Shown one piece after another: positions 10,177 through 21,060 of a DNA stretch of 23,584 bases. The DNA is from Neoechinorhynchus agilis. Lineage: Eukaryota; Animalia; Acanthocephala. Position numbers and translations under genes: made by a program. The notes under the pieces are model-generated. The model was not told the DNA's origin and did no database searches. It worked only from the letters and a program-made list of their open reading frames with translations. The stretch spans positions 1-23,584 of the forward strand of contig JBMGUZ010000042.1 of the NCBI GenBank assembly GCA_051530055.1, written 5' to 3'. Position 1 is the first letter of the stretch; each line of letters begins with the position of its first letter.

Positions 10177-10765
10177 TCAACCTCAGTCAATTTATGAGTG
10201 CGATTCTACAACACTAATGGTGTGCTCATTTTCAGAATTTTTCGTGTGTGACGAATACTCATTGACTGTAACTAAAACTTTTCGCTACGCTCTGTCCTTT
10301 AAATATTTTAAAAAACTAGCATAATCGTTAAATTACAACAGCGTAGTGTTTTAAAAACAGAATGTCTATTTTGGAACATTCGGTATAGCAGTTAGAAATC
10401 CTACTAAGCACAAATTGTACTACGCTTTCAAATTCTATTTTAAGTTCAAAACTTTCAATACTAAATTTCTATGGATTGTGCAACAAAAGATGATTTCGAG
10501 ATAGCATTTTCTTTAAAAATAATCTTTGCATTTACTTCAAAAATAATCTTAGTAAAGAATAGATTTCACGTCCAATCTCTGATGCGGTGCAATAAAATTC
10601 GATTTGTGTTAATCACAATTATTTTTAATTTTATTTTTCTAGACATGGACACTCCGACTGTTAAATGAAAAGTCCAGGCGAAGGGAGAAATCTTTTCGAC
10701 ATATGGCAAGTTCAAGAAAGGGCATGAGGGTTCGTTGGCAAGGAATACGCATCCCATTAAAAGTG

Positions 10766-13070
10766 TTATTATTTGGAAAAAAACTAATTATACAAAAAGT
10801 ATTTACAAACTTTCACGCCAGCGCTTTGGATCACTCAGCTGCCGTCCTGGTCTGCACAGCCAGACTTATGTTTTTGTGGAGGAATGCTCTTGATCTCGGA
10901 TCGCCAGTGATTCGTCTCAATTTCTTAGACAATTGTTTGACCAGGTCCTGCGTCGGGATACCAAAAGGTCTTAGCATCTCGACGCCAAAGGGAACAAAAT
11001 AATGATTTCGACTCAGGTCCCGGTATTTAGTCTTTTTGCTTTCCTCAGCGGCGGTTGCTGCTCCTCTGATTTTAATCGTGGCGAATTTTATGTTGCTGGC
11101 TGCGAGCGTGTCCACGAACGTGGCGTCCCAGAGAATTCATTTTCCTTCTCGTCACGGGAATGCTGTGACACCGTCCGGTCTACGGCCATCGAGTCGGCAA
11201 AGATTACAAGGCTCTAGGATGTTGGGCGCATTCACAGTATTCTTGGCACGACTATGAATTTCGTTCACTGAAGCGTGTCGTGGGTACCTTCCGCTTGATT
11301 GTCGACAGACAAAACCATGGCGTCCCGATGGTTCCACGGTCGCTCCGCAGCAGCAGCGATGGGATGTGCACATCGGTACCCCAAGTCTCAGGGACACTGC
11401 GATCCTTACTGTTTCGCCGGAGAGAAGGGTACCCGCAGGAGGGATTGGGAGAGCGTTGAGCCAAGCACCCGATTCTCTAGTCGAGACTGCGGCCAATCGA
11501 GTTCGGTTCACCAAGTCACGAGAATCTGGAACTAAAGAGTTATGAATTCTCCTTACAAGGGGTGCGGGTGCCTGCTCGCTACCGGAATCTTCACACCAAA
11601 GATTAATAGCCTCCACGAAGTCTTCATCCAACCTGTAATTCTCGTCAAGAAAGCACTGAACAATGACAGGCCTTCCCCGTCTCGTCTAATTTTGCCAGTT
11701 TATCCTTATGTCTAAAAAAAGGCGCTATGCGCAACTTGCAGAGCAATTTCATAATGAAGAGGGTATTCTTGATCAGGAATGGAGCCTCATGTGAGGATAA
11801 TTCATTAACTCGTTTGCACAACACTGAAAGTTGCAACTGAAGATTAGCAGTCTGTGCTTCCACGTTAGAATTAAAGATAATGCTTCCTAGAAGGGGCCAA
11901 GGCTCAGTTCTCCACGTTCATCACCAGTCTCGCATTTCCCAGGTTTAAGTTCAATGCCAATTATCGTCTTCTTCACGCGTGTCTCCAAATCGTGCTGTAC
12001 TACAGAGGGGTTCCCTCCGAGAGTGGCATCATCCAAAAACCAACCGTTAAAGATGAATTCGAGAGAGTAAGCGACGGGATTGACTGCGAGTGAGAAACTA
12101 TTTTGCAAAAAGGATCCCTTGTTGAATTCCTCTTTCTGACCACAAAACGTGGTTGTTCAACAACAAAGGAGTTAAAGTCCCATAGGCATTAAATAAATAG
12201 TGAAATGTTTTGAGTTTCCGGTGATTAACGTACGGAGTGAATTATCAACTGCCTCTATACCGCAGGGGTATACAGCAGCCCAACTAATTCTTGCAAAGCT
12301 GCATGTCTACTTTTTCTGCGATCTTTTTATTCAACATTTTTGCTGTTATACATCGCATAATTGCTCCAATTGCAGTGGAACGAATCCCACCTGCCCTTTT
12401 CCCGCGAGAGCACAGTGATGCACCCAAAAATAGCTCAATTGCTTTCGAAATCAACTCTTCCCCTGCAAATTGGTCGACCAAGCGCGTTTGTGCATCTCGA
12501 AGGGACAGAGCAGCGTCACCTACTGAAAAGGAAATCATATCCTTTAGGTGTTGGGATCCGAGCCCGTGAAGCCCGTGAGCTGATCCGTTCGCAAATGAGG
12601 AGATCGCCATCTTCACTTTTGATTTGAATGGTGAAAAATTTATTATCGTATGGAAGGACGAGGATTCCTTGAAATGCTACTGACCGCAGTTACTGGGATG
12701 TTTGGAACGAAGCGTTCGCAAAGTTTCTTCGTCATCTTTGGCGAGACTGTCCATTGATGATAAAAGGTGAACCGCTTCTCTGACATCTCCGTCTGCGAGC
12801 TTCGAAAAAACGCGCCCAACAAGTGACCGATTTGGGTTTCGGCTGTGGTCAGCCTTCTGGGCACGCTCCTTGCGTAGCGCGCATGCTGTTGAAAGGCATT
12901 GAGTAAATTTTATGTCAAATGAACTTGCTTGCTCTTTTAGTTTTGTGGTCAGAGACCCCAGAAACATCACTGAGTTAGTCTCGATGCAGTCTGCCAATAG
13001 AGTGAATCACTTTGCGGTTTGATATCGCGCGCCACTTGCGATTCTTTTCAGAACGTTCCTGGGCAGAACG
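10766..13070 (-). mobile_element. Decayed CRE-clade non-LTR retrotransposon (RT plus restriction-like endonuclease), 5'-truncated; ends approximate
   Basis: Collinear - strand fragments, broken by stops and frameshifts: VLKRIASGAR (~13060), GDVREAVHLLSS...L.SKHP, FANGSAHGLHGLGSQHLKD, GASLC...GGIR, the RT core WFLDDATLGG, ESGAWLNALP, the Zn knuckle HRCCCG...H...C, the REL RPDGVT.FP*..GK*ILWDATFVDTLA, and the C-terminal ISLAVQ. No APE domain was seen. Confidence 0.9.
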
Positions 13071-13169
13071 GTACAATATTCCCTACAGGTGGAATTTCAT
13101 TTTGTATTGGTGATGTTGTGGGAGAAAGTTGAAATGATCCATTGAATCCGATATATCGGCACATTCATG

Positions 13170-13399
13170 TGTTTCAATTTCACCTAGCGATATTCACTCA
13201 GAAAATTGATTTATATTGAAATTTTTCGGTTTTTTCGTTGGCCTTCTTCAGTCAGATCTAGAATGTTTCGCAAGTTTGACGCTGAAGTGACAAACTTGCG
13301 AAACATTCTAGATCTGACTGAAGAAGGCCAACGAAAAGGCCGAAAAATTTCAATATAAATCAATTTTCTGAGTGAATATCGCTAGGTGAAATTGAAACA
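13170..13399. repeat. 230-bp near-perfect palindrome (109-bp arms, 12-nt loop)
   Basis: 13170-13278 is the reverse complement of 13291-13399 with 2 mismatches (TT opposite GG). The loop is ACGCTGAAGTGA. Confidence 0.95.
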
Positions 13400-13564
13400 A
13401 TAATGATTAATTTCTTTACAACATTCATGTGTCTTTATCAAGGAAACTTCCAACCGAAATATCGAATTCAATAAATTATTTCAATTTTCTGCCATAATTG
13501 AACAATGATGATGGACTGATTTTTGTATGCATGATTTTATAAACAAACACAGTCGGAATTATGA

Positions 13565-13578
13565 GTTGCCATGGAAAC
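13565..13578. promoter_or_regulatory. RFX X-box motif upstream of the CD225 gene
   Basis: GTTGCCATGGAAAC closely matches the palindromic X-box consensus GTNRCC(N0-3)RGYAAC, with one mismatch (A at the Y position). It ends 34 nt before the ATG at 13613. Confidence 0.6.
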
Positions 13579-13612
13579 ATAGAGCGGTACGTCTATAGAA
13601 GAGAACGAAAAT

Positions 13613-13924
13613 ATGGATCCACCATCTGTAAAACCATATATGGCATTTTCTTTACTGGCGATTTTAACATGCCCTCCACTCGGTTCACTTGCTCTGATCA
13701 GAGCCATTCAATCGTACAAACTATCGGACCCTGCTAATGATATTTATTGGCCGGCAATGGCCATTGAATACGGTCGACAGTCCTTCCGCTTATCGATTAT
13801 CAGTATTATTATTGGTCTAATCTTCACTATTGGTATCCTGATTTGGAAGCTAAACACTATAGAGGGCCGGAGCAGTCAAGGTGGACGCTATGATTTTACG
13901 TATCAGGACATCAAGTTGATCTAA
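13613..13924 (+). CDS. CD225/dispanin-family membrane protein (IFITM/PRRT/TMEM233-like), 103 aa
   Basis: PYMAFSLLAILTCPPLGSLALIRAIQS resembles the CD225 C-x-PLG-xxA motif. A second hydrophobic helix follows (LSIISIIIGLIFTIGILIW). Confidence 0.75.
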   Translation: MDPPSVKPYMAFSLLAILTCPPLGSLALIRAIQSYKLSDPANDIYWPAMAIEYGRQSFRLSIISIIIGLIFTIGILIWKLNTIEGRSSQGGRYDFTYQDIKLI

Positions 13925-14430
13925 TAAAACAAACTTTAATGTAAAACTTGATTTTGGGTGTACGCGCAAATTTTGAAATGAAATAATTATCTGTAAGGGT
14001 TAGCTGGACTTTTAATTTGAGTAAACACGAAGAATTTAGCGGCTTTCGTTTCGCTGAGAAGACCGTGACTTTGAATATAAAGAAAATCGCAAGAAAAAAC
14101 GTCGCACTTTTGTTTGCGAATTCGGCCCCACTTGTTTTACCTTTCGTTATGTTCAATTCAAAATTAGGCGAATTAACACCAAATTTGAATTGAGGTGTGC
14201 TAATATCGGTGAAACTGTAGTAAAATCATATAACTTTCACCCTGCAAAAAGAGAGTGTATTTGGTGCGTGATTATGAAATGCAGAATTTCTCCTACAAAA
14301 CATAAGTCTGCCCCTGCAATCGGGGGAACGCTGCATCCGTCCTTTCGACCGTTACACCAGGACGGCAGATGAGTGATCCAGAGCGGTGGCGTGAATGTTT
14401 TTCGAACTACTTTTATCGAACCAATATTAT

Positions 14431-15357
14431 ATTGCCAAGCCTATCATCATCCCGAATGATTTTTTGTCGCTCATTGAGTCGAGATGTCTTGAATTATTGT
14501 CTTCGACGGGGCGAGAGTATACTTTCCTTTGGTAGTTATACCATCGCTCGGAATCAAAAATTCACCGAGGGTATATTTCCCCGATATTTCACGTCGGAGA
14601 TAATTCCAACATTTTCCTGAAGGTTTTTGTCATTGTTTCGCAAGTTTGTTAGATCGAAAATTAGCACCTTCATTTCAATTTAAAAGCGGAATTGATTCTT
14701 ATTAAATTATGTCATTAGCGTTAGAAAATGTTGACGGTATTTTAGAAAAAATGTCGGATGCAATCCGAGATTGGAAGCCAAATATTTAATTTAACCAGTG
14801 TGGGCGATTTCAAAAATGAACTTTCACTTGCGAAAAACAGCTTTACAACTTTCTCCTTTATTTCGAAACTCTTAAACAATGACAAACCTTGAGGAAATGA
14901 AGGAATTATCCAAGAGGCGAAATATCGGGGAAATAAATTAGTGATCTTATGAACCCTGGGTGGCGAAACTAAGAAAAAGAAAGTATCTAATAATCCAAGA
15001 CATCTCGAATTCGTTGAGAGACAAAAAATCCCTCGCGATGATGATAGACTTGGAGATGTGTGGCGACCGAATGAAGTATATTTTGAATTGAGATATTTCG
15101 AAAGAGAATGCTTCATTAGTCATCCAGAAGGGTTTGTTCTTTGTTTTTCTTAATTATACCATCACTCGGATTCAAAAAAATCACCGATGATTTATGTCCC
15201 CGATATTTCACCTCTCGGATAATTTCGACATTTTCCTAAAGCTTTTTGTCATTGTAAATAAATATAATCGACTATAATTTAAAACTGAGCGATGGTATAA
15301 CTAACAAGAGAAGAAAGTATCTTCCCCCGCCTCCCCCCGAAGGCAATAATCCAAGAC
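14431..15357. pseudogene. Four degenerate, alternately oriented fragments of one unknown coding sequence
   Basis: Copies are A 14431-14636 (coding -), B 14876-15057 (+), C 15153-15255 (-) and D 15287-15357 (+). Shared blocks include ACAATGACAAA, GAAATATCGGGGA, GAGCGATGGTATAA, AATAAT(C/T)CAAGACA and GATGATGATAG. All copies contain stops or frameshifts. Confidence 0.7.
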
Positions 15358-15952
15358 AAAGATGGTTTTGTATGGTTCGTATAGGCATTATCGCCATTGG
15401 TGGGTTTCGTCTTTCGAAATATCTGAATATTCGACATTTCGTTCCTACTATTAAAAAAATTTTCTTCATTAATGAAAATTTATTTGAAATTATTTATCAA
15501 AATCTTGGAGGAAAACTTTATATGACAAAAAATGCCTAGCCGTCCTCGTCCTCAATTGTCGATTAAATTAACCTACTTTAAAATCTCCCTCGCGTTTGCG
15601 TAAACAACAGCAACTGAACACACAACGCGATCAACAAGCTAATCAATCGTGACGAATTGCATTATTTTACGCGGATTAAAGCGACGCACTAGAGTTCAAG
15701 TAATACGCACACCTCTAATGCACGCTCACGAAAACGTGCTCGTCACAATGACGACATCCTTTCCGCACTCGCATTTCATCAAGTGTGCAACATACGCTCA
15801 AACGGAAGAATCAAGAACTCGAGTAGTTTCAACAAACCATTTCTCGTGAAAGCGTGAACATCGACAGGTTTAAGTTGTAGAGCTAGCGTTAAAGCACATT
15901 CTTTGCTTATGATGCTATAAAACGTTTTCACTTAAGCCATATCTGTCCTCGT

Positions 15953-15966
15953 GTTACCATGGCAAC
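15953..15966. promoter_or_regulatory. RFX X-box motif
   Basis: GTTACCATGGCAAC is a perfect X-box consensus match. Confidence 0.55.
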
Positions 15967-16703
15967 GGAGTGTGTGAACTTTAATTCTGAAGGATGCTCA
16001 TCGTATTCTTCAATCTAGTTAAAAAATCCCTTTGTTTCACACACACACATATTCTTTAATCTTATCGAGAGAAAATCCATATCGGGGTGGTAAATTTTGA
16101 CCCGGTTAAAAATCATTTTATTGTTCGCGAAATATTTAGGTTTTTAAAGCAATGATTGATAAGTCGAGATTTCCTCTCTTTCGAAATACTTCGGGAACAA
16201 TAGAATGATTTTTGATCGGGTGTTAAAAGGCATATTCTTTAGTTAGTTAAAAGTTTACTACAAATTTCTTGTGAGTACTATTGCTCGTAATGGTGAATGT
16301 CAAGACATTTTAAGATGATTTCGGGGCTCTATCATCTCTTGGCCTGTTAAAAATGGTCACTCTCGCCCGATCATTCTTTTTTAAAAGAGCTATGTTGAAC
16401 TCAAAAACGTTTTCTCCCTTTTTTCGAAGACTGTCGTCGCGCAAAACTCCCCAAAGACGGTAGAAACGACAATTGTTGAACTTGGAGACTTTGAATTGAG
16501 TGTTCGTCGCGTGGCATCATAATGATAGCTTTGTTCGTTGCTCTCTTATCATCGCAAATCGTTGAGATTCATTCGCGTCTTATAACTCTCACACTATTTC
16601 AGTTTTGTATCTTTCCTTCTTCTTGTGGTGGTGGTGGTGCTGGTTGTTTTATTCGAATCCATACGTTTTAGTGTTTGTTGCGGATTTCAACTCCATTTAT
16701 TAG

Positions 16704-19700
16704 ATGGTAGAGCAAGTCTCGTTGGCTTATCGCGACCAAGATGCTGACGTTCTGCCACTTAAAAGCATTTCTCAGTCGTGCGCACCGTCCGCATTCCCAA
16801 AGACGACATTCGGAATTCTCCACAGGCAGTTCACTCAATGGATAATGAAACAAAACTACCCTCTGTCATCGTCCATAAAACCAGCGAATTCAGACGAACA
16901 TAACAATAGTGAAACTAAATTCGATCCCACGAATGCTACAGATCCAACGAAGATGGGAGCTAACTATCTTGAGCATGAAATGTCTGCATTGTCGATGATT
17001 GTTCATCGCGTAAAAAACAACTTGTTCGTCGACAAATTTAACACCGCTGGATACAGTGGCAACGGCAACGGCGGCGGTGGTGGTGGCGGTGTAGACCTTA
17101 AGTGGTTAGCTGGGTTCAATCGGGCTCTGGGCGAGAGTTGGCAGGAGATTGATGATCCGAAACTCGTCGAACACATTGAACGCCTTCGTGATTTGTTTAT
17201 ACATTTTCTTATCGACAGTGTGGATTTGGAAGCGATCGAAAGAAATGAGGCGACGGACGAAAGATTAAAACACTCAACCACAAAATCGCTCAAATGTGAG
17301 GAAACACCGGCGGATCAACCTGTGATCGATATAACATTCGTACGGAACATGAGCAGATCTTTTCTGTGGACCTTTGACGGCATCCGAATGCTCGTAGAAT
17401 CAAGTCTTCCCATGTTTGGAACTGCGAAACATCCCCTCATCAACCTTCAATTGAACGATGTTCACGAACCGGTGACCGTATTAACCGGTCTTAATTGTCT
17501 CCTTGATGATCTCCTTGGCGATGTTCCTGAACTTGCAATGTGCTACCATATTGACAATGATGTACAACGCTATGACTTCGTCCGAACCGATAACATCGCA
17601 CCCAAACCGGACGCTTCTACCGCGGAAATGGTTCAAGCCTATGCCCCAAGCATTCTAGCCTTCCTAAAAGAAAAAGCCAATCGTCAAGGCCATACTTATT
17701 GGCTATTTAAAAGCATTTCTGACGATAATGTTCGTTTGTATGACCTGACAAGCATTTGTCGATCATATGATGTTTATAATCCTTACATTTACCCGATCAT
17801 TGAGCTTATGTACAGGACTGCTTTTAAAATGTGCAAATCTAAAAATGCGAGACAAAATTACCAGGGAACTATTAGGAGTCTCCTCACACAATGTCTCAGT
17901 TTCTCAAGGCAACGAAAATTCCACGATCTGTATTGCTATGCAAGTTATCTTCTCAGTGACCTCTTTGTCAGTGAAGATATTAAATGCTCGGTTGGTGGAG
18001 GTAAGCTCTGTGGTATGTTTTGTATCTATAATTTATATTTCAAATTTATGACTTAATTATGACCGTTTTAAGTACACATCTTCATTCATTAGCACTTAGA
18101 ATTCAGTCTCATTTGCTGAGTAAAATCAATATTGATTTACAAATTATTTCCATTGACATTTTGTACGACGCACCGGATGTTTTACATTGTTAAAGATAGG
18201 AAATTGGCAAAAAACTTACTAGTGATCACCCTACAAACCAGATTCCATTTTAAAGTTAATATTTTAATATCAACCGATATCCTTTTATAACTAAATCTCA
18301 CGACCCTTAACTTTTAGACCACGACTATGCGACAATTGCTGACGATTTGGACATTGACTGTATTACTTACAGTCTCCAAGCACTGTCGCTCCACTGTCCA
18401 GAGAGCATTAAAGCAGCTTTAGAATGCGCCCCTCCAGCTGTAAAAACTTCAACTTCCAAGAAGCAAAAACGTTCCCCAGAGTACGCTCAGACGCTCCATG
18501 ACCGTGCCACTCGCGCAATTGAAAAGCTCGCGGAGGCCTTAGCCATACACGAGCATAACCGTATTCCTCTTCCATTAGTGAGAGAAGCGCTAGAAAATGG
18601 AATCGAAGACCGTGATCTAGTTTCAAGCCTCTATTTGAACAACCAATTTGGATTTCAGCGTACGAATCGCGTAATCACCATTCCAACGCTTCTTTTGCAA
18701 AAGGCGTTTTCAAGCTATGTTTGTCTTGCAAACTCTAGTTTCCTGTCCAAAAAGTACGGCCGATGTCTAAAATGTCTTAAAATTGCTCTAGATTGCATCG
18801 ACTCTTTGTATCATTTGGCAAAAGTAAACGATGTTCCACTGGAGATATGCAAATTGTTGGTTATTGCAGGTGATTGCTATATGGCGATTTCTCAAGAAAA
18901 GGTTGCAATGTCCCTTGTACTCGACCAATACAAACAACTAAACGATAATGATAAGGCTGTCGAGGAAGCTGCCGATGCCTTATATGGAGATGATCTTCAT
19001 GAAGGGGAAGTGAGTTGGATTGACGATCTCGGATGGATCACAATGATAACGTCCAATTACAAACACTTGTTGACCACGGCGGATCGTGCATTCTATGTCG
19101 CGATTGAACTTGCAACTGATCGAGATAAGGCTTTTAAAGACGATTGCATGCGGCGTTTAGTGGGATGTCGTAATGCGTACGGCACGGAATTGATCCAATA
19201 CGTTAATGACGTTCTTACTGACATGGGTCTAAAGATCTGGAAAGAAGGAGAAGAGGATCAAGTCAAATTGGTGGTGGAACAAAAGATCAACGAAGCTCTT
19301 TCTGTTCTCGAATCGGGTTTAAATGAACTTGACAATCTGCCTGACGACAAAGAAAGTCGCGTTCTTCTTTTGATGAACACAGGCAAAGTTCACAAAACTT
19401 CTCTAAGTGCATATAGAAGATTTAATAGTGTCGATGACAGTGAAGGTAGTGCAAAATCAAGGAAAACCGAGATTGACCTAATGACTAATATAATCGATTC
19501 TTATCAAAAAGCAGAGGACATTCTTCGCTCAAGCAAGACTCAGCATCATCTTTTTGAAGAAGTCGTATGGGAGCGAACTACGAATTATTTATCACGCGCC
19601 TTTGCTCTTCATGAACAGTGTAGTGATCAACTTTCGATCGACAGTCAATACGTTGATAGTCTTACTCACGTTCTCGCCGATTTTAAGTCCCTTAATCCAA

Positions 19701-20668
19701 CTTGCCATCAAAGACAAGTAAAACTCACATATCTATCGGGATACATTTATCATCAGATCGCTACTCTCTATGCGGGTGCCATTCGTTCAACGGACATGAG
19801 CTCTCGGAGGCTCAAACAGTACAGAGGGATTTGCAAAAATTATTATGAGAATGCGATGACTCTCTATCACAAGGTCTTTGGTACAAGCAAGAATTTACCC
19901 ATTATGGCTCTAACGGAACTTGTGGCAAGAAAAGCCGATTGCGCTACGAATCTCATGAGGATTGGAATTGAACTCTTTGCACAGGCCAGACTGCAATGGG
20001 ATTCGAAACCAAAGGGCGGCAGTGAGCGGACTATCACTGTGGCAAAACAGCAAATACAGCAAAGAATATCTACTCGATCTTGGGTCAAAGTGCTTTTTCG
20101 GGTTTAATATTCAAGCAAAATATATTTGATAATTTTCAATATTCCGTACTGGAACCAAAAAGACGTTTTAATCTTTTTGTAGAACGCTGCTGAAATTATT
20201 GAATTTCATCTAATTTATGGTAATATCATTTTTTGCCAAATTATCTTAGATTTGCATATGTTGCTATTTTTAGTCTCTCCGAATCAATACTCCGCTTAAT
20301 CCCCAAGAACTGAGAAGTTAAGCACAATTGAAGCTTTGATTGGCAGTCTCCAAACGGATTTTTTGCCTGCAGTCAAGGCGGCTCACGCGGAGCAGTCCTA
20401 CAACGAGTTTATGCACCTTTTTACACAATGGATGCAGAACATAGAGGAAGGCATGCTTTCGGTGTTGGAAGTACTTGACCTTTCGTCAAACCCAAAGACG
20501 AAGGAACTAGTTGCCGTTGTTGGTGAACAGCTAAAAGTGATCGTAAATACGTACGGATCGAAATGCGAGAGTGGACAGGTAAAAGAAGAAGACATCGAGA
20601 TTACAAAGAAAGTATTCGAAGGGCTTATAAATGAACTAATGTCAACGTCATACACTTATAAGCAGTGA
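16704..20668 (+). CDS. EDRF1: Erythroid differentiation-related factor 1 (EDRF1) homolog
   Basis: Exon 1 is 16704-18000 (GTAAGC donor). Exon 2 starts at 18318 (phase 1, in frame) and runs to ~20090. A probable last exon is ~20308-20668. Motifs FVRN...LWTFDGIRMLV.SSLPMFG, VPEL.MC.H, GHTYWLFK...DNVRLYDLT, LLLMNTG, V.WE.TT.Y and IYHQIATLY match recalled human EDRF1. The 3' exon junctions are unresolved. Confidence 0.88.
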
Positions 20669-20792
20669 TCTGGAACAATTGAATGTTATGTGATGCGTGA
20701 AGCGCACTTGTATTTGCCATATCTGCACACCAAAATGTATAAGTTCGAATAACGATTAAAGAATATCTTAAGTACGTTCACGCAGATAATTT

Positions 20793-21008
20793 CTATCTGT
20801 CTTTAAAGTCCGGCTGTTGGTCACTGTAATCTAGTTGGCTAAGTGAACAATTGGCGCGGTATATCATGTCCAAGATTCCTTCGACACTGTCGGTATCAAC
20901 TTGTATTGATTCCATAACTTGTTCCGTCTTCCGAGAATCCCCCACTCGCTTCATTCGACGAATAATGTTATCCAGTCCTTTAAGATCCGAAGAATCTGAG
21001 TCAGTCAT
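20793..21008 (-). CDS. Orphan 71-aa protein or terminal exon, no recognisable family
   Basis: The ORF starts at ATG and is preceded in frame by the acceptor TTCTCTCTAG (12 nt upstream) and an X-box-like site. It is convergent with EDRF1. Confidence 0.4.
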   Translation of the reverse strand: MTDSDSSDLKGLDNIIRRMKRVGDSRKTEQVMESIQVDTDSVEGILDMIYRANCSLSQLDYSDQQPDFKDR

Positions 21009-21046
21009 TGTTTTTCCGTTCTAGAGAGAAGCAGATTTGAATCACG

Positions 21047-21060
21047 GTAGCCATGTCAAC
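21047..21060. promoter_or_regulatory. X-box-like motif upstream of the - strand orphan ORF
   Basis: GTAGCCATGTCAAC has one mismatch to consensus and lies 38 nt upstream of the ATG at 21008. Confidence 0.4.

Noticed and set aside
10703-12864. + strand ORFs and alternative-frame - strand ORFs (e.g. 11002, 11036, 11299, 12200, 12291, 12361, 11252, 12643)
   Set aside because: They are shadow frames of the CRE retrotransposon coding sequence and carry no independent motifs.
14369-15116. ORFs 14369..14620 (+) and 14742..15116 (-) as genes
   Set aside because: Their similarity to each other is the antisense shadow of the degenerate repeat. Synonymous changes favour the opposite strands.
15649-16500. 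ORF 15649..15849 and open - strand frames near 15780-15920 and 16310-16500
   Set aside because: I could not build a consistent start/splice model and recognised no homology.
17003-20655. - strand ORFs 17003, 18408, 19867, 20398 and + ORF 17767
   Set aside because: They are antisense or alternative frames of EDRF1 exons.
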